Positions 36,816 to 46,086 of a stretch of DNA of 50,120 bases are shown piece by piece. Each line of letters begins with the position of its first letter. Position 1 is the first letter of the stretch. A model generated the notes under the pieces. It did not search any database. It was not told the origin of the DNA and saw nothing but the letters and a program-made list of their open reading frames with translations. The stretch is taken from positions 1 through 50,120 of the forward strand of contig CALDSX010000003.1 in NCBI GenBank assembly GCA_937924445.1, in the 5' to 3' direction. A program made the position numbers and the translations under genes. The DNA is from an uncultured Chthoniobacterales bacterium. GTDB taxonomy: Bacteria > Verrucomicrobiota > Verrucomicrobiia > Chthoniobacterales > CALDSX01.

Positions 36816-38045
36816 GTGCATGAATTGACTCCTGGATCTCCATCTCTACGAGCCCTCTTTCCCGCCCTTCATCAGGAGGTAAATGGTCACCCGCTCCTCT
36901 ATTTTGACAATGCGGCGACCACCCACAAGCCTACATTCGTCATCCGCGCAATCACAGACTTTTACGAAAAAGACAACAGCAATGTCCACCGCGGTTTGCA
37001 CGAGTTAAGCGCTCGTGCCACTGCCTCTTTCGAAGCTGCTCGACAGCGCATTGGGTCCTTTATCAGTGCACCCAACCCCGATGGGGTAATTTTTACTCGT
37101 GGCGCGACAGAGGCCATTAACCTTGTGGCCAGTGCGTGGGCAAACAGCGTTCTCCAACCAGGTGACCGCATATTGCTCACAGCAATGGAACATCACAGCA
37201 ACATCGTGCCGTGGCAACTCCTTGCGAATCGAGCCCGACTCTCCATCGCATTTGCCCCTCTTACGCCTGAAGGGAGGCTCGATTTTGATGAGTTGGATCA
37301 GCTCTTGGCTCCGCCAACCCGCCTCTTTGCCTTTACTCACATTTCAAATGTGCTGGGCACCGTGAATCCCGCCGAAAAAATTTGCGCCCTAGCTCACTCG
37401 CGTGGGATTGCCACCCTAGTGGACGCCGCCCAGAGCTGCGGGCATTTCCCGCTCGATATGGAGGCTCTCAACTGCGATTTTCTGGTTCTCTCCGGCCATA
37501 AAATGTGCGGGCCAACGGGCATCGGAGTCCTGGCGATTCATCCGCGGCGTTTTGGGCAGATCTCCCCGTGGCAGGGCGGCGGAGAAATGATCGAGCGAGT
37601 GACTTTTGAAGGGAGCACCTACAAAAGCCTGCCTCACCTCCTCGAGGCAGGAACACCGCCAATCGCTTCCGCCATCGCTCTTGCCGTAGCTTGTGATTTC
37701 CTCGATAGCATTGGGCGCGATGCCATCCGTCAGCATGACGAAAAACTTGCCATGCTTGCTCTTGATCTGTTCTCTCGCATAGAGGGTATGGAAATTATCG
37801 GCCCGCGGAACAGCCGGGCAGGAGTTGTGAGCTTCACTCTTACTGATGTCCACCCTCATGATGTGGTCGAAGTCGCTAATCGCTTTGGTCTGGCGTTGCG
37901 AGGGGGGCATCACTGTGCGCAGCCTCTCATGCGTGTTTTGGCAAAACCCTCGACAGCGCGCGCAAGTTTTTATCTTTACACCACAGAGGACGAAGTCCAC
38001 CGGACGGCAGAAATTTTGGCTCAGGTTCGTAAATTTTTCAACTGA
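36816..38045 (+). CDS. sufS: cysteine desulfurase, SufS type
   Basis: FDNAATTHKP, NVHRGLHELS, PLP-Lys SGHKMCGPTGIG, catalytic Cys RGGHHCAQPL. Start uncertain: GTG 36816 preferred, TTG 36744 is the ORF-track start. Confidence 0.9.
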   Translation: MHELTPGSPSLRALFPALHQEVNGHPLLYFDNAATTHKPTFVIRAITDFYEKDNSNVHRGLHELSARATASFEAARQRIGSFISAPNPDGVIFTRGATEAINLVASAWANSVLQPGDRILLTAMEHHSNIVPWQLLANRARLSIAFAPLTPEGRLDFDELDQLLAPPTRLFAFTHISNVLGTVNPAEKICALAHSRGIATLVDAAQSCGHFPLDMEALNCDFLVLSGHKMCGPTGIGVLAIHPRRFGQISPWQGGGEMIERVTFEGSTYKSLPHLLEAGTPPIASAIALAVACDFLDSIGRDAIRQHDEKLAMLALDLFSRIEGMEIIGPRNSRAGVVSFTLTDVHPHDVVEVANRFGLALRGGHHCAQPLMRVLAKPSTARASFYLYTTEDEVHRTAEILAQVRKFFN

Positions 38046-38068
38046 CTTAACTTCAAACGTGCCATACG

Positions 38069-38533
38069 ATGGAACTCGAAGAACTTTATCAATCCATCAT
38101 ACTTGAACATTCCCGTCGTCCCCGCAACAAGGGGCCCCTTGAGGGGGCAACCCACACTGCCGTCGGCAACAATCCCGCATGCGGCGATGAAATAGCCGTT
38201 CAAGTTCGCTTGGGTCCCACGGGAATTGTTGAGGCAGCTCAATTTACCGGTCAAGGTTGCGCCATCAGCCAGGCGGCAGCGTCTCTCTTCACCATCAAGC
38301 TCAAGGGCAAAACCCAAGAAGAGGCCTGTAAACTTATCCGACAATTCATTGAAATGGTAAAAGGATTGCCCGAGGAAGAAGATAGGAGCGGCAAGCCTTC
38401 AGGAGAAATGCTCTTCGGAGATTTGGCCGCTTTTGCTGGTGTCCGAAAATTTCCTCAGCGCGTCAAATGTGCGACACTTGCCCCAAATGCTTTTTACGAA
38501 ATTTTTGCTGGACACCGTTCAGAGAATGCATAA
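38069..38533 (+). CDS. sufU: SUF system Fe-S cluster assembly/sulfur-transfer protein SufU
   Basis: LYQSIILEHSRRPRN, Cys ligands NPACGDE, GQGCAIS and KCATLA. 154 aa. Confidence 0.9.
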   Translation: MELEELYQSIILEHSRRPRNKGPLEGATHTAVGNNPACGDEIAVQVRLGPTGIVEAAQFTGQGCAISQAAASLFTIKLKGKTQEEACKLIRQFIEMVKGLPEEEDRSGKPSGEMLFGDLAAFAGVRKFPQRVKCATLAPNAFYEIFAGHRSENA

Positions 38534-38883
38534 CACTCCATCTACATCACATTTTTTAATACCTGCCTTCAGTTCTTGTTAGATTTTTTGACCAGACAAA
38601 GGTAGTTGTTTATCATTTTATCAGCTTTCGAAAGGTGAAGCTGGGCAAAGTTCAGTTGCTCTGTCAGGTGCTTCTGGCTATCTAAAATGTATCAATTTTT
38701 CCAATAAGCTACTCAAAATAAGCTATCAGAAGTTAATTGATCCTGACGTCAGAAAACAGTTTTTTTCCTTTGAAAGATAAGATGCCTTTTGCCCGACGCG
38801 ATGAATTGGTCGAATGCTCATTCCGGTTTTTGTTTTGGAGATGGGTTTTGCTTGTGCGTAATCCGTGACAACTGAAAAATCCT

Positions 38884-39618
38884 ATGAACACACCGATCAT
38901 TGCTGCTTCATTCCTTCTCGGATCGCTGAATCCAAAGTTTGGATCTGCGATACAGAATGGTTCTAGCTACCATGCGGCTACTTCTAACACGGCTGGCAGT
39001 GTGAAAATCGCTTCCGAAGCCGACTCTCGCTACGCAGTTCCCGCAACGAGCAACTCCAAGAAAAAAGGGCGCAGAAGGGTGGTTCGCATCCAGGCAAAGC
39101 CCACAAAAGCTCAAACCCAACAAAATACCAGCGCATCAGTAGCCGACTCCAAACGAACGTCGCCTCACCAATCGTCACCTATTTTGGACGCCACTGAAAT
39201 GCGCGGAGGATTTTTTCGCAAAATTTTTAACCTCAATCCTCTCCGTGAGGGGTTTACTCCGCTCATTCCATCTAACGGAAAAGTTATGACGGTCCGGGTG
39301 ACCGTTTATTGGAAAAGCGGGAAAGGAACGGATTACTATACCTCGAAAGGCCTTGCAGCCACAGGCACTCGTCTGGTCAACAAGCGCTCCGCCGCTGTAG
39401 ATCCTAAAATCATTCCCTACGGCTCTCGTATTATCCTTCCCGAAGCGGGGAAGGAGCTTGTTGCTGTGGACACCGGGAATGCTGTCAAACAACGCACTGC
39501 AGCAAAGAAACTCGGCAAAGATGTGCCTGTCGTAGATATTTATTTTGACTGCAAGAAGGAAGCGCTGGAGTTTGCCAAAAACCATCCGCTTTTCATGAAA
39601 GCCGTGGTGGTGAACTGA
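38884..39618 (+). CDS. 3D-domain (MltA/RlpA-like double-psi beta-barrel) cell-wall protein
   Basis: N-terminal signal-like segment. C-terminal VRVTVYWKSGKGTDYYTSKGLAATGTRL...AAVDPKIIPYGSRIILPEAG..VAVDTGNAV...VVDIYF fits 3D-domain proteins. Confidence 0.8.
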   Translation: MNTPIIAASFLLGSLNPKFGSAIQNGSSYHAATSNTAGSVKIASEADSRYAVPATSNSKKKGRRRVVRIQAKPTKAQTQQNTSASVADSKRTSPHQSSPILDATEMRGGFFRKIFNLNPLREGFTPLIPSNGKVMTVRVTVYWKSGKGTDYYTSKGLAATGTRLVNKRSAAVDPKIIPYGSRIILPEAGKELVAVDTGNAVKQRTAAKKLGKDVPVVDIYFDCKKEALEFAKNHPLFMKAVVVN

Positions 39619-39619
39619 G

Positions 39620-39653
39620 TATTTGAGTGGGGTTTCTATTTGAGTGGGGTTTC
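39620..39653. repeat. perfect 17-bp tandem direct repeat (2 copies)
   Basis: TATTTGAGTGGGGTTTC occurs twice head-to-tail and is followed by TAT. It begins 2 nt after the stop of the 3D-domain gene. Confidence 0.9.
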
Positions 39654-39835
39654 TATCTGCCGCCACCGCGGCATTCTTCACCATTAAACCTTACTGAGTA
39701 ATGATGAAATGAATTAATCCACGCCTGTTGGGCCACGCAACGTGAAATTTGCTCGACGGAGGGAAAGACCACAACTCTCCACGATCATTCCGTCTCAGTT
39801 TCTATGGTGCGGTCGACCAATCACTGAAGTATTTT

Positions 39836-42610
39836 TTAAACGTTAAACGCGTCTTCGACAACCTTAAGTTGTTCTTGGCGATGGATCGCAAGAGAGCCAA
39901 CAGCCGGGCTCGCCGCTGCGTCACGGCCGGCGTAATGGATGTAACGACGTCCGATGGTGCCAATGACAGGTAGAATATGAGTCCAAGCCCCCATGTTTTG
40001 AGGTTCCTCTTGACACCATACCCATTTGGCACCCGTTGGGTAGGGAGCCAGCGACTCGGTAAGCTGGGCTTCGTTGAACGGATAAATTTGTTCAAAGCGA
40101 ATGAGCGCTGCGTCGGTTATGCGCTTTTGCTCTCGATATTCGAGGAGATCAAAATAGATTTTGCCGCTGCAGAAAATGATGCGTTTGACCCCTGCGGGAT
40201 CGTCCACAAGCGGTCCAGGAAGGATTTCACGAAAAGTGCCCTTGGTAAAATCCGTTAGTCGCGACACCGCACGCTCATGTCGAAGAAGGCTCTTCGGTGT
40301 CATGACCACAAGCGGTTTGCGGAAAGAGCGTTTGACTTGTCGCCGGAGAAGGTGAAAAAACTGAGCGGGAGTAGTCGGGTTGCACACTTGGATATTGTTC
40401 TCGGCGCAAAGAGTAAGAAATCGTTCAAGTCGGGCGCTTGAGTGCTCAGGCCCCTGACCTTCGTAACCGTGCGGGAGAAACATGACCAAGCCCGATGGTG
40501 TTTGCCACTTCGATTCTGCGGAGGCAATAAATTGGTCAATAATCACCTGCGCACCATTTGCAAAATCGCCAAACTGCGCCTCCCAGATACAGAGCATTTC
40601 GGGGTAGCCGAGAGAATATCCGTAATCAAATCCCAGCACCGCGGCCTCGGAGAGCATCGAGTTATAAACGCAAAATTTCGCCTGGTCAGGGCTGAGATTC
40701 ATCAGCGGAATGTACCGCTCGCGGGTCACAGAATCGTAGAGCACAGCGTGCCTGTGCCCGAATGTTCCCCGACGGCTGTCCTGTCCGGACAACCTGACGG
40801 GCACCCCTTCTATGAGGAGCGATCCAAACGCTAGCGCCTCGCCAAATCCCCAATCGAAAGGGCCACCCTTCTGAAAGGCCTCCCATCGCCGGTCGAGAAG
40901 AATGCGTTTGATTTTAGGCAACACTCGAAAACTCGGTGGCACACGAGTCAGCCCGGAGACGATCTTCTCAATCGTATTTACTGGGACAGCCGTTTCAACC
41001 GGTTCATGCGAGTAGGGAGGCTGGAAGGTAGCTGTGCTTCCCTCAAAAACGGAGGCACGAGGTGTTTGTGGTGCGTCCTTTGTTTCGTTGATTTCACTCG
41101 CTTTTACTTCCTCTCGGGCGTTTTCGAGTTTGGCCAGAAACGAAGCCTCAGCGGCTTTTGCCTCTTCAACTGAGAGCACGCCATCGGCCAACAGATTTTC
41201 CTTGTAGCTTGCCCAGACGGAGGGGTGAGAGGAAATTTTCTTGTATAAATCCGGCTGTGTAAACACCGGCTCGTCGCCCTCGTTATGGCCGTGCCTCCTG
41301 TAACAATACATATCGAGAACCACATCTCTTCCAAAGTTTTGACGTAGCTCAAATGCCAATCGGGCTGCGAACCAAACAGCCGAAGGGTCATCGCCATTGA
41401 CGTGAAGTATGGGAGCCTCTATCATCTTGGCCACGTCACTAGCATACGCGCTGGAACGGGCATCGGCCGGGAGTGTTGTGAAGCCAATTTGGTTGTTAAC
41501 GATCACATGAAGAGTGCCACCGGTTCTGTATCCTGGGAGCTGGGAAAGGTTGAGGACTTCAGCCACGATTCCCTGGCCGGCAAAGGCGGCATCTCCGTGG
41601 ATAAGCAACGGCAGCACGCTGCGTCGCTCGATCGTGTCGTTGTTGATCCGCTGCCGGGCTCGGGCTTTGCCCTCCACGACGGGATTCACCGCTTCGAGAT
41701 GTGATGGGTTGGGCGAGAGATGCACCCTCACTTCGCCACCAAAGCGGGTGGTTCGCACCGTCTCATAGCCGAGATGGTATTTCACGTCACCGTCGCCAGC
41801 GATGAAATTTGGGATATAGTTTTCCGAAAATTCAGTGAAGATCGTTCTCAGCGATTTCTTCATGAAATTTGCCAAGACGGTCAGACGTCCGCGATGCGCC
41901 ATGCCCATTACGATTTCCTTTACGCCGGCAGGAGTGCATTCGTTCAGCACGGTGTCCAGAATCACCATCAAGGATTCTCCACCCTCGAGAGAGAAACGCT
42001 TTTGCCCGACATATTTTGTATGCAGAAAGCGCTCAAATGTCTCCGCTTCCATCAGAACGTTGAGCAGATGGCGTTGTGTTGTCGCATCAACCCCAAATCC
42101 GGGAGGACGCGATTCGATACGATCCCTGACGAAGTTTCTTACACGCGGATTTTGAATGTGCATGAATTCCGCCCCTATGGTGCCGCAATAGATCAAGCGG
42201 AGTGCCGCCACCAGATCGCTGAGCTTCATCGCCTCACCGCCACGGAAGAATTTTGAGGAAACGACCGTGTCCGGGGATACTTGAGCTAGCCCAAATTCCT
42301 TGAGTTCGAGCAACGGCTGGTCAGGTTCCGACGTCTCTAGAGGATCCAGACGTGCAAGGGTGTGCCCGAGAGTGCGGTAGGCGTAAACCAGCGAATCCAC
42401 CTTTGTCTGGATATCGTCTGAAAAAGCACTCGTTGGGGTGGCACCCGGCCTGGTCTGGGGTCGCACACTGCCAAGTTCGAACCCCTCGAAAAAAGCCGAC
42501 CACTCTGCATCTACGGATGCGGGATCGGCCTTCCAGCGCAGATAATTTTCGTCCAGAATGTCAATGTTAAATCGAGTTGCAAAGAGGGATCTCATGGGTG
42601 TAGGAGACAC
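39836..42610 (-). CDS. sucA: 2-oxoglutarate dehydrogenase E1 component
   Basis: 924 aa. N-terminal LDENYLRWKADPASVDAEWSAFF, TPP region LLIHGDAAFAGQGIVAEV, and a conserved E1o C-terminal domain. Confidence 0.95.
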   Translation of the reverse strand: MSPTPMRSLFATRFNIDILDENYLRWKADPASVDAEWSAFFEGFELGSVRPQTRPGATPTSAFSDDIQTKVDSLVYAYRTLGHTLARLDPLETSEPDQPLLELKEFGLAQVSPDTVVSSKFFRGGEAMKLSDLVAALRLIYCGTIGAEFMHIQNPRVRNFVRDRIESRPPGFGVDATTQRHLLNVLMEAETFERFLHTKYVGQKRFSLEGGESLMVILDTVLNECTPAGVKEIVMGMAHRGRLTVLANFMKKSLRTIFTEFSENYIPNFIAGDGDVKYHLGYETVRTTRFGGEVRVHLSPNPSHLEAVNPVVEGKARARQRINNDTIERRSVLPLLIHGDAAFAGQGIVAEVLNLSQLPGYRTGGTLHVIVNNQIGFTTLPADARSSAYASDVAKMIEAPILHVNGDDPSAVWFAARLAFELRQNFGRDVVLDMYCYRRHGHNEGDEPVFTQPDLYKKISSHPSVWASYKENLLADGVLSVEEAKAAEASFLAKLENAREEVKASEINETKDAPQTPRASVFEGSTATFQPPYSHEPVETAVPVNTIEKIVSGLTRVPPSFRVLPKIKRILLDRRWEAFQKGGPFDWGFGEALAFGSLLIEGVPVRLSGQDSRRGTFGHRHAVLYDSVTRERYIPLMNLSPDQAKFCVYNSMLSEAAVLGFDYGYSLGYPEMLCIWEAQFGDFANGAQVIIDQFIASAESKWQTPSGLVMFLPHGYEGQGPEHSSARLERFLTLCAENNIQVCNPTTPAQFFHLLRRQVKRSFRKPLVVMTPKSLLRHERAVSRLTDFTKGTFREILPGPLVDDPAGVKRIIFCSGKIYFDLLEYREQKRITDAALIRFEQIYPFNEAQLTESLAPYPTGAKWVWCQEEPQNMGAWTHILPVIGTIGRRYIHYAGRDAAASPAVGSLAIHRQEQLKVVEDAFNV

Positions 42611-42663
42611 TTAAGGCCGCCGCAGGGTCTGGGCCGCTCCTGAGAAGTGTTGCGGAGGCGGCT

Positions 42664-42709
42664 AAAAAATCAAGCCCCTTTGGTGCTCTAACTTTGAGCA
42701 CCGCCAAAG
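42664..42709 (-). terminator. intrinsic terminator after menB
   Basis: On the minus strand: CTTTGGCGGTGCTC-aaagtta-GAGCACCAAAGG stem (2-nt bulge) followed shortly by ATTTTTT. It lies between the menB stop and the sucA start. Confidence 0.65.
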
Positions 42710-42734
42710 AGAAAACGACAGAGAGTGTTTCCGG

Positions 42735-43559
42735 TCAGGGGCGACGAGGAAATTTTTTAAAATCCGGAGCACGTTTTTCCTTCCACGCATCACGTCCTTC
42801 TTGGCCCTCCTCGGTCATGTAATAAAGGAGCGTCGCATTGCCTGCGAGTTCTTGAAGACCAGCTTGGCCGTCACAATCAGCATTTAATGCCGCTTTTAGG
42901 CAACGGATGGCAAGAGGTGATTTTGCGAGAATCTCACGACACCAACGCACTGTCTCGAGTTCCAGTTCCTCGTAAGGAACAACTTCATTGACCAACCCCA
43001 TCTCTTTCGCCTCGTTGGCGTTGTAAACGCGGCAGAGAAACCAAATTTCCCTTGCCTTCTTTTGTCCCACTATCCGGGCGAGATAGGAGGCCCCGTAGCC
43101 GCCATCAAATGACCCAACCTTCGGACCGGTCTGGCCAAACTTGGCATTGTCCGCAGCAATTGTCAGGTCGCAGAGCACGTGCAAAACATGTCCGCCACCA
43201 ACAGCCCAACCGGCAACCATGGCAATAACCGGTTTTGGACAGGTGCGAATGCGTCGCTGGAACTCAAGGACATCAAGGCGCTCCACTCCTTCTTTGTCGG
43301 CATAACCCGCATCGCCGCGAATTTTGATGTCGCCTCCGGAACAAAAGGCCTCGGGGCCTTCGCCAGTTAGAATAATCACCCCAATTTCATGATCATCCCG
43401 TGCATCGTCGAGGGCGGCGATCATTTCCCGAACTGTCAAAGGCCTAAAGGCGTTGCGCACCTCAGGACGGTTAATGGTGATCTTGGCAATACCCTCGGCT
43501 TTTTCGTATCGAATATCCTCGAAACTGCGGGCGGATTTCCACTGGAGAGCGGACTTCAT
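42735..43559 (-). CDS. menB: 1,4-dihydroxy-2-naphthoyl-CoA synthase
   Basis: Crotonase fold with typical MenB motifs ([38 protein letters not shown]-terminal [14 protein letters not shown]). ATG 43559 overlaps the menH stop (ATGA). Confidence 0.95.
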   Translation of the reverse strand: MKSALQWKSARSFEDIRYEKAEGIAKITINRPEVRNAFRPLTVREMIAALDDARDDHEIGVIILTGEGPEAFCSGGDIKIRGDAGYADKEGVERLDVLEFQRRIRTCPKPVIAMVAGWAVGGGHVLHVLCDLTIAADNAKFGQTGPKVGSFDGGYGASYLARIVGQKKAREIWFLCRVYNANEAKEMGLVNEVVPYEELELETVRWCREILAKSPLAIRCLKAALNADCDGQAGLQELAGNATLLYYMTEEGQEGRDAWKEKRAPDFKKFPRRP

Positions 43560-44383
43560 GAACATGGCGCTGAGCATACAGATCGAAGGGTGGTTTGGGC
43601 AACACGCTCCATATTGGACTGGCCGTTTGCCAGAAATTTCGCCACATGATCTGCCACCTCAAGCGGAGCGTCAAGGAGTAAGTCGTGCCCGGCATTTTTA
43701 CAGGTTTTGAGGCTTGCGCTTCGAAAAAATATCGCCATGCGTTGGGCTATCCGGCGATATTTATTGTCATTTTCTCCCGTCAACAAAAGAACATCCCCGG
43801 GATAGTCTGGCAAAAGATGCCAACTTGATGGTAAAACGCCCTGACCCCAAAATCCAAGCTGATCAGCCAGATCTTCTCGCTCCAGTGCGGCTCGTGCAAG
43901 AAGTTTTTGCTCCAAATCAACTGCTGCTTCAGACCCCTCCGGAGAGCAGAAAATATCCTGCGCCCGCCATTCCCCCCGAAGGAAATCGAGAAACTCAGCA
44001 TCAGAGCCCATTTTAAGAAGACGACATGCCAATGCCGAATCGGCCTCACGACGGGCTTTTCGGAGAGCCTCCTCTTCAAGACCTGCGCTACCGGAGAGCA
44101 CCACCAACCGAGGAAACCAGTCCGGATGGCGCGTCCCTAGGTAGATAGCGAGACGCCCCCCCATGGAATAGCCCGCTAACACGCTTGGTCTTTGACATCT
44201 GAGCCAGAGCCGCTTGGCGAGTTCTTCGGAAGGCATCGCAGCTAGTCGAACAAACCCGACTCGGTATCCCGTCAAAGACGACGCAGCAGCCATCCAATCA
44301 TCCGGAACGCCCATAAACCCGTGTAGCAATAGAACAAGAGGCGCATCCATTGGCCCGCGCCATTCGACACAGGGCAAGCTCAT
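43556..44383 (-). CDS. menH: alpha/beta hydrolase, probable SHCHC synthase
   Basis: [10 protein letters not shown] and nucleophile elbow [14 protein letters not shown] 44383 overlaps the menD stop (ATGA). Sits between menD and menB. Confidence 0.85.
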   Translation of the reverse strand: MSLPCVEWRGPMDAPLVLLLHGFMGVPDDWMAAASSLTGYRVGFVRLAAMPSEELAKRLWLRCQRPSVLAGYSMGGRLAIYLGTRHPDWFPRLVVLSGSAGLEEEALRKARREADSALACRLLKMGSDAEFLDFLRGEWRAQDIFCSPEGSEAAVDLEQKLLARAALEREDLADQLGFWGQGVLPSSWHLLPDYPGDVLLLTGENDNKYRRIAQRMAIFFRSASLKTCKNAGHDLLLDAPLEVADHVAKFLANGQSNMERVAQTTLRSVCSAPCS

Positions 44384-46086
44384 TTGGTTCGCATCCCACT
44401 CTCGTCGGCGAGTGGGATTGCGCAGATGCGCAGAGCCAACTGCCGATGCAGCCTCTCGTTTTCCTCTCGATCCGTGATGCACTCCACAATCATGGCATTC
44501 CTTATCGGGCAACTCAGGATTTTGCGCAACTCTTCAGGAGTGGAGGGTCGCTCATAAGAGAGGCCAAACTGCCTCGCCGACGCCTCAAACACCATCCCGT
44601 GCGGTATTTCCCAGAACCGTTCCCTCTCTGCAGCCGAAAGCCCTCCGGGCACGAAACGGAAGATACCACCGCCACCATTATTGACGACTAAAATCACGAC
44701 CGGTAGTTCTCGAAGAAGAGCGAGCGATGGCAGGTCGTGAAGAAACGCCAGGTCTCCAATCACACCAAGCAGGTTGCTTTCTAGCCCCATGGTCAGACCG
44801 GCAATGGTGGCGATGTTCCCGTCAATTCCACTCGCACCACGGTTTGCATAGACCGGACTGCTTCCGTGCCGCAGCCCGGCAAAAGTTTCAAAATCCCTTA
44901 CCGGCATCGAGTTACCTAGAAAAAGCGCACTTTGCCATGTCGCGGAGACAACACGTGCGACGCTTGGTTCCGTTATCGAAAGCAGAGCATCTACCTCCCG
45001 CGCAATCACAAAGGTTGCCGTCGCCTCCAATCGCCAAAATTGCTGAATCCAACTCGTACGCGGGGTTGAGGAAATAAGCTTTTCAGCTTCGCGGCAAAAG
45101 GCTCCGAGACCAATGCGAAGATGCTTTGGGTTTTGGAAGAAGGGATCCAATCTTGTCGCACTTGGACGCACTTGAAGATATCTTGAGCCACAACACGGGC
45201 GCACCCATTCGGTGATCCGCTTGGAGACGAGAGCTCCACCAAAATGCAACGTCCGTGTTGGCGGAGGAAGTTCGCGTCGATGTAGAAATAAATCGGCATG
45301 GCATACTGTTCCGGGCATTCCTTTGGCGCCAGAAAGTGGGTCAGCTAAAACTGGCCAGCCGAGTTGTTCGCCGAGAGTCACAACGGCGTTCACTTCCGTT
45401 CGCTCTGTAAAATTCAAAGCACCGAGTAGGATGACCCCCTCCGGATGATCAAAAAAATCAGCCGGTATCTCTCCTTCGCATTTCATTTCCGGCTTGTTGA
45501 CCTTAGCAGATTTCAAGAATTCAGTTTGATCAGAAAATTCAGGGCGGCTTGATAGGAGCGGCTCCCGTATTGGAATATTCAAATGCACCGGGCCTCGAGG
45601 TTCGACACAGGCGAGTCGAACCGCTCGCGCGATCTCCGAGAGGATAATGCGGGGGGTCCGCACATCACCCGGACAAGGCAGATTAAGTGCCAGACGGACA
45701 GCGCTGCCGAAAATGCCTTCCTGCTCAATGGTCTGATTTGCTCCGCGACCATGCAGCTCCGGCGGGCGGTCAGCCGTCACAAGAACCAATGGGATCTCAC
45801 CAAAAGCCGCTTCGATAACCGCAGGATGAAGATTGGCAACAGCCGAACCGCTTGTGGTTATCGCTGCCGCAGGTGAACCTGAAGCTTTTGCCCAGCCAAG
45901 CGCCGCAAAGGCCATGCCGCGCTCGTCAAAATGGGTCGTCACCCGGGCGGGGCACAACTCGGCCAAGGCAGCGACGATCGGCGTCGAACGGGCCCCCGGG
46001 CTGAGAAAAAAGCGGCTGACCCCGGACTGCATGAGTGTCCGCACGAGACTGCGTCCCCATTCGCGGTTTGGTTCGTCGGGTTTCAT
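44380..46086 (-). CDS. menD: SEPHCHC synthase (2-succinyl-5-enolpyruvyl-6-hydroxy-3-cyclohexene-1-carboxylate synthase)
   Basis: 568 aa. ThDP-enzyme layout with GDLAFLHDLPSL...VVNNGGGGIF. 4-nt overlap with menF. Confidence 0.95.
   Translation of the reverse strand: MKPDEPNREWGRSLVRTLMQSGVSRFFLSPGARSTPIVAALAELCPARVTTHFDERGMAFAALGWAKASGSPAAAITTSGSAVANLHPAVIEAAFGEIPLVLVTADRPPELHGRGANQTIEQEGIFGSAVRLALNLPCPGDVRTPRIILSEIARAVRLACVEPRGPVHLNIPIREPLLSSRPEFSDQTEFLKSAKVNKPEMKCEGEIPADFFDHPEGVILLGALNFTERTEVNAVVTLGEQLGWPVLADPLSGAKGMPGTVCHADLFLHRRELPPPTRTLHFGGALVSKRITEWVRPCCGSRYLQVRPSATRLDPFFQNPKHLRIGLGAFCREAEKLISSTPRTSWIQQFWRLEATATFVIAREVDALLSITEPSVARVVSATWQSALFLGNSMPVRDFETFAGLRHGSSPVYANRGASGIDGNIATIAGLTMGLESNLLGVIGDLAFLHDLPSLALLRELPVVILVVNNGGGGIFRFVPGGLSAAERERFWEIPHGMVFEASARQFGLSYERPSTPEELRKILSCPIRNAMIVECITDREENERLHRQLALRICAIPLADESGMRTK

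Noticed and set aside
8112-38752. A shared regulator site from TGACG..CGTCA palindromes (TGACGTAACGTCA at 8112..8124 and CTGACGTCAG at 38743..38752)
   Set aside because: Short palindromes of this length are expected by chance a few times in 50 kb. Two occurrences in unrelated intergenic regions are not evidence of a regulon.
38534-38883. c-di-AMP (ydaO-type) riboswitch upstream of the 3D-domain cell-wall gene
   Set aside because: The context would fit, but the AT-rich 350-bp region shows none of the conserved ydaO sequence blocks that I can recognise.
3659-42256. Many long ORFs antisense to or overlapping confident genes (e.g. 3659..4198, 4253..4816, 5679..6263, 8271..8684, 9231..9638, 13290..13928, 17178..17963, 24874..25647, 29988..30692, 37416..38000, 41720..42256)
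   Set aside because: These are shadow ORFs opposite genes with clear family motifs. Their translations are low-complexity or Arg/Ser/Pro-rich with no recognisable domains.
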